A DNA stretch of 64,000 nt, from contig OZ245033.1 in the NCBI GenBank assembly GCA_965224025.1, forward strand, positions 4,544,001-4,608,000, given 5' to 3'. The translations under genes and the position numbers were made by a program. How positions within the stretch are numbered: the stretch's first letter is position 1; the number at the start of each line of letters is the position of its first letter. The notes beneath the pieces are model-generated. The model saw only the letters and a program-made list of their open reading frames with translations, was not told the origin of the DNA and ran no database searches. This DNA comes from Candidatus Multivorans sp. (GTDB taxonomy: Bacteria > Acidobacteriota > Thermoanaerobaculia > Multivoradales > Multivoraceae). Positions 1-10,267 of the stretch are shown here, piece by piece.

Positions 1-1
1 C

Positions 2-232
2 TCCCTGCCCGGCTTCGCGATCCACGAGATGGGCACGGCGCGGATGGGCCGGAATCCCGAGACCTCGGTGCTCAACGGCTGGTGCCAGTCTTGGGACGTG
101 CCGAACCTGTTCATCACCGACGGCGCCGCGATGGCGTCGTCCGCCTGCCAGAACCCCAGCCTGACCTACATGGCGCTCACGGCGCGCGCCTGCGACTACG
201 CCGTGCGCCAGTTGCGGCGGCTGGAACTCTGA
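2..232 (+). CDS. GMC-family oxidoreductase, C-terminal end (5'-truncated by window)
   Basis: HEMGTARMG...SVLNGWCQSWDVPNLFITDGAAM...NPSLTYMAL is the GMC_oxred_C signature. Confidence 0.9.
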   Translation, partial: SLPGFAIHEMGTARMGRNPETSVLNGWCQSWDVPNLFITDGAAMASSACQNPSLTYMALTARACDYAVRQLRRLEL

Positions 233-332
233 TCCCTGAAAACCCGTGTGGCGCGACCTCGAGGGCGCCTCGCCGTACCGGCCCCGCAGGCTCTATGATT
301 CCCACTGCAATGAACGAAGAGGAGCCTCGCCC

Positions 333-1415
333 ATGCGCCCGACCCATCGCCTCGCCCTGACCAGTCTCGCCGTCATCGCCCTCGCCGCCGGCCTCGTCGC
401 CTGTGCAGGCGGAGACGCCGATGCCGACGCCATCGTCGAGACCGACACCCACACCTTCGAAGAGGTAGCCCCCGGCGTCTACTTCATCGTCGGCACCGGC
501 TCGATCTTCGTCCAGAGCAACTCCATGCTCGTGCTGACCGATGAAGATGCCCTGGTCGTCGACTCCCACGTCACGCCGGCGGCGGCGCGCGCCCTGCTCG
601 CCTCGATCGCGGAGGTCACGGACAAGCCGGTGACCCACCTCGTCAACACCCACTACCACTTCGACCACGCGCACGGGAACCAGGTCTTCCCCGAGGACGT
701 GGCGATCGTCGGTCACGAGTTCACGCGCGAGATGCTGATGACCAATGTCCTCGAACAGGGGACGTTCCTGAACTTCTCCAACTGGATCCCCGACCAGATA
801 GCGGACCTGAAGCAGAATGCCGAGGCGATGGAGGACGGCGAGGAGAAGGACCGGGCAATGCTCGAGATCGCGGCCCAGGAGGCCCACGACGTCGCGCTCG
901 ACGAAACCGAACCGACGCCGCCGAACATGACGCTCAAGAACCGGATGACCATCCACCGCACCTGGCAAGGCCAGGACCGGCCGATCGAACTGCTCCACCT
1001 CGGGCGCGGCCATACTGGCGGCGACGTGGTCGTCCTGCTGCCCAACGAGCGCGTCGTATTCACCGGTGATCTGGTGCTGGCCGGCGGCGCCTACATCGGC
1101 GACGGCTACGTCGACGAATGGCTCCAGACGCTGGACCGCTTCGAGAAACTCGAGTTCGACCTGATCCTCCCCGGCCACGGTCCGGCCTTCAGCGACATGG
1201 CCCAGGTGGCGGCGCTGCGCGACTTCCTGAGCGACTTCTGGAACCAGGCCGTAAGCGCCCGCGACCAGGGTTTGAGCGCCGAGGAAGCGATCTCGACGAT
1301 CGAGTGGCAAGGCTTCCTGGCCATTGCCCCGGACACGATCAAGATCCAGTGCGTGGAACGTGCGTACGCCGTCATGGACGCGAACGGGAGCGACGAAGAC
1401 ACCGACTCCGCGTAG
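333..1415 (+). CDS. Metallo-beta-lactamase-fold hydrolase, lipoprotein
   Basis: THYHFDHAHGN motif, GHTGGD, FTGDL, PGHG; lipobox-like LVAC; GAGGAG RBS before ATG at 333. Confidence 0.85.
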   Translation: MRPTHRLALTSLAVIALAAGLVACAGGDADADAIVETDTHTFEEVAPGVYFIVGTGSIFVQSNSMLVLTDEDALVVDSHVTPAAARALLASIAEVTDKPVTHLVNTHYHFDHAHGNQVFPEDVAIVGHEFTREMLMTNVLEQGTFLNFSNWIPDQIADLKQNAEAMEDGEEKDRAMLEIAAQEAHDVALDETEPTPPNMTLKNRMTIHRTWQGQDRPIELLHLGRGHTGGDVVVLLPNERVVFTGDLVLAGGAYIGDGYVDEWLQTLDRFEKLEFDLILPGHGPAFSDMAQVAALRDFLSDFWNQAVSARDQGLSAEEAISTIEWQGFLAIAPDTIKIQCVERAYAVMDANGSDEDTDSA

Positions 1416-1501
1416 GCCGAGCGCCACCGAGAAGAGGGCATCCGTGTCGCTAAGTTACGCCTTTTGTGGTATTTACAGAGAAACGGCGTTAGCATCCCTG
1501 T

Positions 1502-2290
1502 ATGGAACAGCAGCACGTTGCCCCCCTTTCGGTAGGCCCCGACGCGCTCGGGCGCGCGGTGGAGCGGGCAAGCGGCTGGCTGCTGAAGCGGTACGGCGAG
1601 GAAGTCGAGTGGGCGATCGAGGACCAGTTCCTGATCGGCCTGGACGACCAGGAGCGGATCGATCTCGAAGAGCAGCTCCAGGCCCGCAGCGGCCGCGATC
1701 AGGCCATCTTCTTCGCCAACGCGATGAGCTGCCTGCTCGCCCAGGGGCGCTTCGAGCCGGACGCCGACGAGGGCGACTGCCGCTCGTTCAGCTTCGCCGA
1801 CAAGCTGCTTGGAGCAGGCGGGCTGCTGCTGGAAGTGACGGAGCGGCGCTGGCTGCAGGCACTGGTCGGAAGCCGCCTGCAGCTCTACCGCATCGGTCCG
1901 GAGAACGGCCGGGTCGCGCTGGAAGAGGTGACCAGCCGCCAGCAGGTCCGGGTCGAACCGCATCCGGCCATGGAGCCCTTGGAAGCCGGCGATCTCGTCG
2001 GCACGCGCGTCGTGGCCCTGGAGGGCGAAACAACGGGACGTCTGTGCGGGGTCTTCGGTTTCCCGGCCGGCGCCGCCGAACGCGGACTCGTCGAGTTGGT
2101 GGAAACGGCCGCGGCGCACCCCCGCGGCAGCCGCGGCGAGATCCTCGGCATCGCCGAAGTGGTCGCCACCGCCTGGCTGCGCTCCTTCCTGCCCGATGCG
2201 TCGACGCGTGGGCCTCTCGCCGTCGTGGATGGCGGCGGAGAGCCGGCCAACACCCGCCGGATCCTCGAGTGGCCGGTTTCCAGGGACTGA
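1502..2290 (+). CDS. Hypothetical protein
   Basis: 262-aa ORF with GC-rich codon bias filling the gap between neighbours; no motif recognised. Confidence 0.6.
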   Translation: MEQQHVAPLSVGPDALGRAVERASGWLLKRYGEEVEWAIEDQFLIGLDDQERIDLEEQLQARSGRDQAIFFANAMSCLLAQGRFEPDADEGDCRSFSFADKLLGAGGLLLEVTERRWLQALVGSRLQLYRIGPENGRVALEEVTSRQQVRVEPHPAMEPLEAGDLVGTRVVALEGETTGRLCGVFGFPAGAAERGLVELVETAAAHPRGSRGEILGIAEVVATAWLRSFLPDASTRGPLAVVDGGGEPANTRRILEWPVSRD

Positions 2291-2313
2291 TACCCGGCCC
2301 CAGTCGGAAAGGC

Positions 2314-3690
2314 GTGCCCCCTATCCGGCCCTTGCGTGCGGCTGCGGTCGCCCTTCCTTCCCTGGTCATGGTGGCTGGCTGGGGCAACGCGGTTGCCGGG
2401 CAGGACGGAACCGGCCAAATCGTCACCCCTGCGGTGGCGATTCGTACCCCGGCGTTGCAGACGCCGCCGCAGATGGCGGGAAGCGGCATCGACCCGGAAG
2501 TCCAACTGGAGGTCGAAATCGACGAGACCGGCGCCGTCAGCCGCGTCCAGGTGCTCGCGATCGAACCGTCGTCCCGCTTCGACGACCTGCTCCGGTTGTC
2601 GGTGACACAGAACCTGAAGCGTTGGCGCTACGGTCCCGCCCGCGACGCCGAGGACAACCCCGTGCCCTCCAGCATGTCGTGGCGGATGAAGTTCGTGAGC
2701 AGGGAACGGAAATCCCGCTCCTCGCTCGGCGGAGTGAGCGTCGACTCGGAACTCCGTGTGCTTGCGGGGTCCGATCGCCTGCCCGTGAACTACCGCCCGC
2801 CGACACGCCAGGAGCGAGCCGAGGCGCTGAGCGGAATCGTCGAAAGCGCGGAGAAGTACATCGACCGAACCCACCGACGCCGCCGCGCGACGCCCCGGTT
2901 CATCGTGATCAGCGACGCCGAGGACGAATCCACGATCGACATCCTCGCCGGCAACATGGAGTCCGTCTTCGGGGTCTTCCACTCCGTCTTCGACGAGTAC
3001 ATCGAGCCGATGCCCCACGACTGGAAGCTCGTGGTCTACCTGTACCGCCAGGAGAGCTCCCTGAAACAGCTCAATCAGGACATCGGCGGCCGTTCGTTCA
3101 TGGCCGGCTTCTATCAGTCGCCCGGCCTGCTGGCCTTCCACCAGGAGGTTCACTTCTACGATCAACTCTTGGGCACGATGCTGCACGAGGCGTTCCACGC
3201 CTTCAGCGACAGTCACCTGACTGCCCCGGGCAAGAACCTCCCCCGGTGGGCGGAGGAGGGGCTCGCCGAGTACTTCGGCAATTCGAAGATTGAACAGGGG
3301 CGGCTGATCCCCGGAGAACTGAACCAGGGGCGCTATGCGATCGCCCACGGCCGCCTGGGTCCGGTGCGCCTTCAGAGCGAGTCGTCCTGGAGCATGCGGG
3401 AAGCGCGCCTCGCGCTCAGGCAGGGCGAAGCGCCGACGATCGTCGAACTGCTCGATGCGACCGCGAACACGTTCTACGGCGACCGGCACCAGCTCTACTA
3501 CGGCTTCTCCTGGCTGTTCACCCACTTCCTCCGCCACGGACGGGAGGCTTGGAAAAGCGGCGAACCCTTCGGCCGGTTGCTGCTCTACCTCACGGAGGAG
3601 TACTCAGGCCGGGATGCTCTACAGGCGGCCTACGGAGTTCTGCCCGAAGAGATCCAGGACGAGTTCGAACAGCACATTCGCAGACTCTGA
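2314..3690 (+). CDS. Secreted protein: TonB C-terminal-like domain + HEXXH zinc-peptidase-like (DUF1570-like) domain
   Basis: Signal-like N-terminus; VQLEVEIDETGAVS...LKRWRYGPA (TonB_C-like); LLHEAFH...LPRWAEEGLAEYF; start (GTG 2314) uncertain. Confidence 0.7.
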   Translation: MPPIRPLRAAAVALPSLVMVAGWGNAVAGQDGTGQIVTPAVAIRTPALQTPPQMAGSGIDPEVQLEVEIDETGAVSRVQVLAIEPSSRFDDLLRLSVTQNLKRWRYGPARDAEDNPVPSSMSWRMKFVSRERKSRSSLGGVSVDSELRVLAGSDRLPVNYRPPTRQERAEALSGIVESAEKYIDRTHRRRRATPRFIVISDAEDESTIDILAGNMESVFGVFHSVFDEYIEPMPHDWKLVVYLYRQESSLKQLNQDIGGRSFMAGFYQSPGLLAFHQEVHFYDQLLGTMLHEAFHAFSDSHLTAPGKNLPRWAEEGLAEYFGNSKIEQGRLIPGELNQGRYAIAHGRLGPVRLQSESSWSMREARLALRQGEAPTIVELLDATANTFYGDRHQLYYGFSWLFTHFLRHGREAWKSGEPFGRLLLYLTEEYSGRDALQAAYGVLPEEIQDEFEQHIRRL

Positions 3691-3758
3691 GCTGCCGGCG
3701 GCCGCGGTTCTCGGCGCCGGATCGGACTCCAGGAAGCTCGCCGCCAACGATGCAGCAC

Positions 3759-5150
3759 CTACTGCCGCGACGCGTCGTAGGCCGCAAGGTGGGCCGCCGC
3801 CTCCGCCTCGCGGCCCAGGCTCTTGTAGCAGACCCATAGGTTGTAGTGGGCGAGGCTACGAGTGGGGTCGAGTTCCAGAGTCCGCAGGAACCGCAGGATC
3901 GCCTCCTCCCAGCGCTCCAACTCGACCAGGGCCAGACCGCTGAAGAAGACGTTTTCAACCCTCTCGCCGTTCAACTGAGCCGCCCGGTCGAGTGCCTCCG
4001 CGGCCTCCTCCCAGCGCTCCGTCCGGTAGGCCGCAAAGCCCAGGTTGTACCAAACCGCCTCCAGGTGGCCGAGCTCCTCACTCGCCCGCTTGAAGAGTTC
4101 GATCGCCCGGTCGTAGGAGCCGGAGCTCAACAGTCTCGCACCCTCGTTGAGCAGGGTCGCCCCGTCCGCCTCCTGCTCGAAACGACGACGCGCGTCTTCA
4201 CGCAAGGCGGCCCGTTCCTCGGCCGTACCGTAGAGATGAACGACCGCCCCGTTCGCTTCGGCCGCGGCCCACGACTCGGGCGGCGCGAACTCGCCGGCGC
4301 GCCGAAACAGGGCCTCCGCCTCCGCGACGCGCCCGGCATCGCGGAGGTTCCAGGCGGCAGCCAGCAACACGGCAGCGAACTCGAGCCGAGCCTCTGCGCC
4401 GCCCTCGTTCCATTCCTGCTCGAGCATCTCGATCTGCTGCTGCGCCGCGGCCAAGCGCCCGGCACGGGCGAGGGCTCTAACGAAGCGTGAACGGATGTAC
4501 GGACCGCCCGCATCGACCATCTCGCCAAGCACGTCGGCGGACTCGCTCCACCTCCCGGCAGCCTCCAAGGACCGCAGCAACGTATAGGCGACCACCTCGT
4601 TGCCGGGTTGCAGAACTCGCATCTCCAGCAGGGCCGCTATCGCCTCCTCAAACCGTCCCAGGCGCTCATTGAGCAGAGCCGACAGTCTCAGGAAGCGCAC
4701 TCGGTCCTCGCTCTCCTCGTCCGCGAGACGGCGCTCGACCAGGCGAAGCGCCGCCTGCAACACGGACTTCTCCGAATCGTGGGCACTTGCAATATGGCTC
4801 AGCACGCCCGGCGGCGCGCCGGCCGGGTCTTCGAACGCAGCTACGAGCTGACGCCGCACATCTCTGACCTCGGATCCGGAAAGACCCACCCTCTGATGAA
4901 AGGTAAGCAGGGCAACCAGCGCGGTGACCGACTCGTTGCACTGGTCCCGGGCCTGCCTGAGCCAGTTGACCTCGTCTTTCGGTAGGGACCTGAGTTCCGC
5001 GACCCGTGCCTTCCGCATGAGCCGCAGGCACTCAACGTCCGGGAGCTGTGGGCCAGCGCCACCTTCACTCTGGGCCGATCCCGGGCCAGCGAACAGGCAA
5101 GCCAGGAGCAACGCTCCAAGGCCAGCGCAACGAGTACGACGCATCTTCAC
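3759..5150 (-). CDS. Tetratricopeptide-repeat protein, secreted
   Basis: Signal peptide; TPR patterns (VWYNLGFAAY, AHYNLWVCYKSLG). Confidence 0.85.
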   Translation of the reverse strand: MKMRRTRCAGLGALLLACLFAGPGSAQSEGGAGPQLPDVECLRLMRKARVAELRSLPKDEVNWLRQARDQCNESVTALVALLTFHQRVGLSGSEVRDVRRQLVAAFEDPAGAPPGVLSHIASAHDSEKSVLQAALRLVERRLADEESEDRVRFLRLSALLNERLGRFEEAIAALLEMRVLQPGNEVVAYTLLRSLEAAGRWSESADVLGEMVDAGGPYIRSRFVRALARAGRLAAAQQQIEMLEQEWNEGGAEARLEFAAVLLAAAWNLRDAGRVAEAEALFRRAGEFAPPESWAAAEANGAVVHLYGTAEERAALREDARRRFEQEADGATLLNEGARLLSSGSYDRAIELFKRASEELGHLEAVWYNLGFAAYRTERWEEAAEALDRAAQLNGERVENVFFSGLALVELERWEEAILRFLRTLELDPTRSLAHYNLWVCYKSLGREAEAAAHLAAYDASRQ

Positions 5151-5169
5151 CGTCGCCCCCCAGTCACGT

Positions 5170-6363
5170 TCAGAAAGTCTCCACCGCCGCCGCCATCCGC
5201 TCCAGGATCTCCTCGAGGATGGCGCGCGAGGTAGCGAAGTTGAGCCGCGTACAGCTCTCGAAGCCCAGGGTCGAGCCCGGCGGACCGAACTCCGCCCCGT
5301 CGCTGAGCGCCACCTGCGCCCGCTTGAGGAAGAACCGGGACGCCGGCATCGGCAGGTCGAGGCCCCTGCAGTCGAGCCAGTAGAGATAGGTCGCCTCCTG
5401 GGGTCCGTGGACGATCCCAGGCAGGCGACGGTTCACGAAGTCGGTCAGAAATGCCCGGTTCGCGTCCAGGTAGGCAACTGTTTCCTGGAGCCACGGGCCG
5501 CCATCGCGCCACGCCACCCGCGCCGCCTCGACGCCGAGGATGCCGGGATGAGCCAGGACAAAGTGCGGCAGTTCGTCGAACCGTTTCTTCAACTTCTCGC
5601 TGCCGAACACCAGCAACGCGAGTTCCAGCCCGGCCAGATTGAACGATTTCGTCGCCGACGTGATCGTGACCGTCCGCTCCCTGACCTCCGGGCCCAGGGT
5701 CTCGAACACGATGTGCTCATTGCCCGGGAACACGAGTTCGTTGTGGATCTCGTCGGCGAGCACGATCAGGTCGTGCTCGATCGCCAGTTCCGCCACCGCC
5801 TCCAGTTCGCTCCGCGTCCAGGAGCGGCCGCTCGGGTTGTGCGGGTTGCAGAGCATGAACAGGCGGGTGTCCTTGTCGATCGTCGCCCTCAACTGGTCGA
5901 GGTCCATCTCAAAGCGCTCCGGGCCGCGACGCAGAGGCGACTCCACGAGCCGCCGGCCGGTCCCTGAAACCGCCTCGAGGAAGGGTGGATAGATCGGCGT
6001 CTGGATCACGACCCGCTCGCCCTTCTCGGCGCTCAGCATGACCGAAAGGTCGAGGCCCTGAAGCGCGTTGACCAGGAACCGGATCCGCTCCGGCTCCACC
6101 GTCCAGCCGAGCTGCTCCTCCATCCGCCCGCCGAAGATCTCGGGCAGATTGCCGATCTCGGGCGGCTCGCAGTAGCCGAGGTCGGACCGATCGACCAGGC
6201 TCCGCACCACGCGCTGGATCGGCTCCGCGATCGGAAAGTCCATATCCGCCACCCACGCCGGCAGGATGCCGCTGCCATTCGCGGTGTAGCGGCTCCACTT
6301 GAACCCGGTGCGGGCCGCCAGGTCCTCGATCCGCAGGGCGTCGAACTGGTCCTTCACCGACAC
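5170..6363 (-). CDS. patB: MalY/PatB-family PLP-dependent C-S lyase/aminotransferase
   Basis: WVADMDF, LCNPHNPSG, ADEIH, SATKSFNLAG, YLYWLDCR, RLNFAT. Confidence 0.9.
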   Translation of the reverse strand: MSVKDQFDALRIEDLAARTGFKWSRYTANGSGILPAWVADMDFPIAEPIQRVVRSLVDRSDLGYCEPPEIGNLPEIFGGRMEEQLGWTVEPERIRFLVNALQGLDLSVMLSAEKGERVVIQTPIYPPFLEAVSGTGRRLVESPLRRGPERFEMDLDQLRATIDKDTRLFMLCNPHNPSGRSWTRSELEAVAELAIEHDLIVLADEIHNELVFPGNEHIVFETLGPEVRERTVTITSATKSFNLAGLELALLVFGSEKLKKRFDELPHFVLAHPGILGVEAARVAWRDGGPWLQETVAYLDANRAFLTDFVNRRLPGIVHGPQEATYLYWLDCRGLDLPMPASRFFLKRAQVALSDGAEFGPPGSTLGFESCTRLNFATSRAILEEILERMAAAVETF

Positions 6364-6409
6364 GGGCGCAAGCTATCAAGCGCTGCCGGCGCCGTGGTCG
6401 TGGACTGGT

Positions 6410-7650
6410 CTACCGCGCGTCGGGTTCGGTGCGTTCAGCGGTCGGCGGACGCCCGAAGCGGGCGTCGTTCAGACGCCAGTAGTCGTCCGATCTCTTCACG
6501 TCATCCAGGTTCTCGTTCTTCTGCAAGATGTCCCAGGCCGTCTCGCCTGCAGCATTCCGCGCTGTCGCGTCCGCGCCGGCATCCAGCAATGGACCGACGG
6601 GGCCTCCGTTTCTCTGGAGGAACGGCGAAGAAGCCCATCTGTGCAGGGGCGTCTCGCCGTGCAGGTTCCTCGCATTGGGATCGCCGCCAGCAGCTATCAG
6701 CACTCTGACCGATTCCGCGGTCCCGTACCGGGCCGCGAAGTGTAGGGGTGTTGCACCAGCATGGTCCCCTCCGCGCTCGCCGATTCGCTCATTCGGGCCC
6801 GAACCGGCGTCGACTAAGACCTTGATCGCCTCGGTGCAGGTGGAAGATGGCCTCACTATCCGACTACAGCTAGCGGCCTCATGGATGCCGAACTCGTCAC
6901 GTACGTTCGGGTCGCCACCTGCCACGACAAGCGCCTTCATCGTCCTCGCGCGTTGGTCGGGGTGTTTGGCGGCTGCGAACAAAGGCGTGCGCCCCCAGTT
7001 ACCGCGCGCGTTCGGGTCGGCGCCTGCGGCGACAAGTGCCTCACGAGCTCCGCCCGGTCGTCCAGAGACTCAAGGAGATTCGGAGCAAAGTTCTCGGCCG
7101 CCAGATGCAGTGGCGAATCGCCATGTCTATCCCTCGCCCTCACTTCCGCACCAGCGGCGATCAGCGCCTTCAAAGCTCCCAACCTGGCGTCGAGAGCAGC
7201 ACGATGGAGGGGCGTATGGCCATCCTCGTTTCTGGCGTCGGGATCGGCGTCCGCAGCGAGAAGCGCCTTCACCGCCTGAGGGTCCCCAGAGACGGCGGCA
7301 ACATGGAGTGGCGTATCGCCAACCTCGTTTCTGGCGTTCGCGGCGGCGCCGGCAGCAAGCAACGCTTCCACCGACTCCGGGCTCCCATGCCAAGCCGCAA
7401 AGTGCAGGGGCGTCTGGCGCAAGTCGTCGCGTGCCGTCACGTCAGCGCCAGCGGCTAGACAACCCTTGATCGTGCTCTCGGTAGCAGCCTCCCAGGAACG
7501 AAACGCCTCACGGAACTCAGCGACGTCCCCGCCGCCGGTCCACCACTCCTGGCAGTCCGTTGGCGGCTGTGGCACCTTCAATGTACCGCCCCAAACAGAA
7601 GCGCTCCCGAACAACATCAAGGCCAGCAGTCCGAGTGAGTCGAGCTTCAT
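6410..7650 (-). pseudogene. Secreted ankyrin-repeat protein copy A, split by a 1-nt frameshift near 7040
   Basis: ORFs 6937-7650 and 6410-6982 join by comparison with copy B (ELV-ALIAAGADP); TPLH repeats; MKLDSLGLL signal. The frameshift could be an assembly error. Confidence 0.85.
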
Positions 7651-7713
7651 AGACGCACCGTGACCCTACTACACGACTGGCACCACCCGAATGGTGCCGC
7701 GGGAACGAGCTAC

Positions 7714-8014
7714 CTACTCTGGTCCCCGCCGTCCCGCCTCGACGATCGAGCCTCCAGCCATGGCGAAGAGACCGCTGGTTCTCACCGGAGGAACGACCGG
7801 CGATCAAACCTTCGACACCGATGTCCTCGTCCAGGTCAGGCCAGCGAATGCCTACTCCACTCCCGATCAGCTTCCAGTTCGCCCGCTCTTTCGCCGTGGC
7901 ATGTACCAGTCGCGGATACCAGGCCACGGCACCGAAACGGTGCGCCCATCCGACAGTTCGACTCGAAGCGTGTCCTCCGTCACGCTCACGTTTTCCGCCC
8001 AAGGGCCGTGCACG
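7714..8014 (-). pseudogene. DUF2442-family protein relic copy 1 (frameshifted)
   Basis: TEDTLRVELSDGRTVSVP / AWYPRLVHAT.ERANW.LIG.G.GIRWPDLDEDI.VEGL; shifts near 7928 and 7760; no clear ATG/RBS. Confidence 0.8.
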
Positions 8015-8040
8015 TCAATCGCCGCGAAGGCCTCGCCAGC

Positions 8041-9222
8041 TTATGGGGAACCGAAGCGGGCGTCGTTCAGACGCCAGTAGTCGTCGTATAGACGCCTCGC
8101 CCGCCTGGCCGCGGCTCGTAGCTCCCGGGCCGCCGGGGTGTTCCCGTCGCGCTCGGCAAGTTCGGCAGCCTGGAGTAGTTCTTCAGGTGTGCCAGGCCAG
8201 TTCTTCTGCAAGACGTCCCAAGGCGTTTCGCCCTCAAGACTCCGCGCCGTTGCGTCCGCGCCGGCATCCAATAGCGCACCAACGACACCTGGGCCATAAC
8301 CCGTCCAGAACGAAAAAGAAGCCCACCTATGCAAGGGAGTCTCGTCGAACAAGGCCCTCGCATTGGAGTCAGCGCCAGCAGCTACCAGTACCTTCACCAA
8401 CTCTGTGTTCCCATGCCCGGCAACGATGTGGAGAGGCGTTTCAAGACGGATGCCGGGGACGTTCGGGTTCGCATCGGAGGCAATCAGTACCCTGATCGCC
8501 TCGGCGCATCCGGAACGGAAGGGCTCACGCGTAGAGCAGTCAGCGGCCTCATGGAGAGGCGTCGAGCCGTCCTCGGCACGTACATTCGGGTCGGCACCTA
8601 CTTCGACAAGTGCTTTCGCAGTTGTCGCATGCTCGTCAGGGAACTTGGCCGCTAGGTGCAACGGCGTTTTTTGCCATTCATCGCGCGCACTCGGGTCGGC
8701 GCCTGCCGCGATCAGCGCACCAACGAGTTCCGCCCCGTCGTCGCGAGCCCCCTGGTGACTCGGGGAGATGGCAGCCCGATGCAGGGGCGTTTCGCCAAAC
8801 TGGTTTCCCGGGTTCACATCGGCACCCGCAGCGATCAGCGCCTTCAATGCCCCCAGCCGAGAAAAAGAAGCAGCATCATGGAGGGGCGTATTGCCTCCCT
8901 TGTTTCTCGGGTTCACATCGGCACCAGCAGCGAGCAGCGCCTCCACCGACTCAGGGCTCCCGTACCTGGCAGCAAAGTGGAGGGCCGTCCGGCCGAACTC
9001 GTCCCTTGCCGTCAAGTCAGCGCTGGCATCCAAACAACCGGTGATCGTCTCCACGGTAGCCGCCATCCAGAAGCGCTCCCTCCGTTCCAGTGGCACTTCG
9101 CCGGAGGTCCACTCCTGGCAGTCCCTCGGCGGCTGTAGAACCTTCGCTGCACCGCCTGAAGCAGCCACGGTCCCAAACAGCGACAAGGTCAGCAGTCCGA
9201 GTGAGTCAAGCTTCATGGACAT
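8041..9222 (-). CDS. Secreted ankyrin-repeat protein copy B
   Basis: Signal peptide, DCQEW N-cap, about 7 TPLH repeats, C-cap LLDAGADATAR...TPWDVLQKN...YWRLNDARFGSP. Confidence 0.92.
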   Translation of the reverse strand: MSMKLDSLGLLTLSLFGTVAASGGAAKVLQPPRDCQEWTSGEVPLERRERFWMAATVETITGCLDASADLTARDEFGRTALHFAARYGSPESVEALLAAGADVNPRNKGGNTPLHDAASFSRLGALKALIAAGADVNPGNQFGETPLHRAAISPSHQGARDDGAELVGALIAAGADPSARDEWQKTPLHLAAKFPDEHATTAKALVEVGADPNVRAEDGSTPLHEAADCSTREPFRSGCAEAIRVLIASDANPNVPGIRLETPLHIVAGHGNTELVKVLVAAGADSNARALFDETPLHRWASFSFWTGYGPGVVGALLDAGADATARSLEGETPWDVLQKNWPGTPEELLQAAELAERDGNTPAARELRAAARRARRLYDDYWRLNDARFGSP

Positions 9223-9279
9223 ACGAGGATGTTACAGAACGACTGGCATAGCCTGAGTGGTGCCGCAAGAACGAGCAAC

Positions 9280-10240
9280 CTACTCTGGGTCCACGCCGTC
9301 CCGCCTCGAGGTCCGGGCCTCCAGCCATCGGAACCTGTCAACGACTTTGACACAGCGGTGTTCTGGATTTAGTGAGTCGTCTCTGCAGTCTCCACCTGCC
9401 GGGCCAGGGACCTTGCCGCCATCAGCAGTCCTTCCCGTCTTCGAGGCTGAATCCCAGCAGCCCTGCAACTTTTCCCTGGACGTCCAGGATCGTGTGTGCG
9501 GCGGCGAGTTCCTTCTCCAGCCGCTTCACCTTCGCCTCCAGCCGCTTCACCTTCGGCGTCAGAGGGTTGGCCTCGGCCGGCTTGCGGCCCCGCTTCTTCG
9601 GACTCAGACCGGATAGCGCGCCCTCTCGACGCGCCTTGCGCCAGTTGGCCAGATGGGAGCTGTACCAGACCCTCTCGCCGAAGCAGCCGACCCACCTCGC
9701 CGCGGTGGGTGCATCGGTCCGCTGCCTCCAGAATCCGCAGCCGGTACTCCGCCGTGAACTGCCGCCTGGTCGGTCTCGCCAGCACTTCCGGGTCGGGAAC
9801 CGCCCCGGCGGGCGCCGCGCCGGCCGGGGGGGCCTCGTCGCTACGCTCCTCAACCCCCGCGGCCGGGAGCTCCGAGCCGCCGCCAAACCTCTGCTTTCGT
9901 CTTGACATTGATCCTCCTTGCCAACGTGTGCCCTCCACTATTCAACGGGATGGCCGCTGTGTCATGTACGTTGGCAGAGAGGGCATCGGCGCAGAGACCG
10001 CTGACTCTCACCCGAGGAACGACCGGCGACCAAACCCTCGACGCTAACGTCCTCGTCCAGGTCAGGCCACCGAATGCCGCTTCCGTTCCCGATCAACTCC
10101 CAGTTCGCCCGTTCCCTCGCCGTGGCATGAACCAGTCGCGGATACCAGGCCACCGGCACCAAGACCGTCCGCCCACCCGACAGTTCGATTCGAAGCGTGT
10201 CCTCCGTCATGCTCGCGTCTTCCGCCCAAGGGATCTGCAC
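9280..10240 (-). pseudogene. DUF2442-family protein copy 2, interrupted by IS element
   Basis: ORF 9962-10240 is DUF2442-like; its last codons (RWLEARTSRRDGVDPE*) lie at 9280-9331 beyond the insertion. Confidence 0.8.
9329..9983 (-). mobile_element. Internally deleted IS3-family-like element (~650 bp, non-autonomous)
   Basis: OrfA-like PDPEV...RRQFTAEYRLRIL...LLRREGL(Y)SSHLANWR (frameshifted); OrfB reduced to stubs; imperfect IRs TGTCAACGACTTTGACACAGCGG (9336) and the reverse complement TGCCAACGTACATGACACAGCGG (ending 9976); CATCGG on both flanks (9326-9331, 9984-9989), so a 3-6 bp duplication depending on end assignment. Confidence 0.8.
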
Positions 10241-10267
10241 GTCAATCGCCGCGAAGACCTCGCCAAC

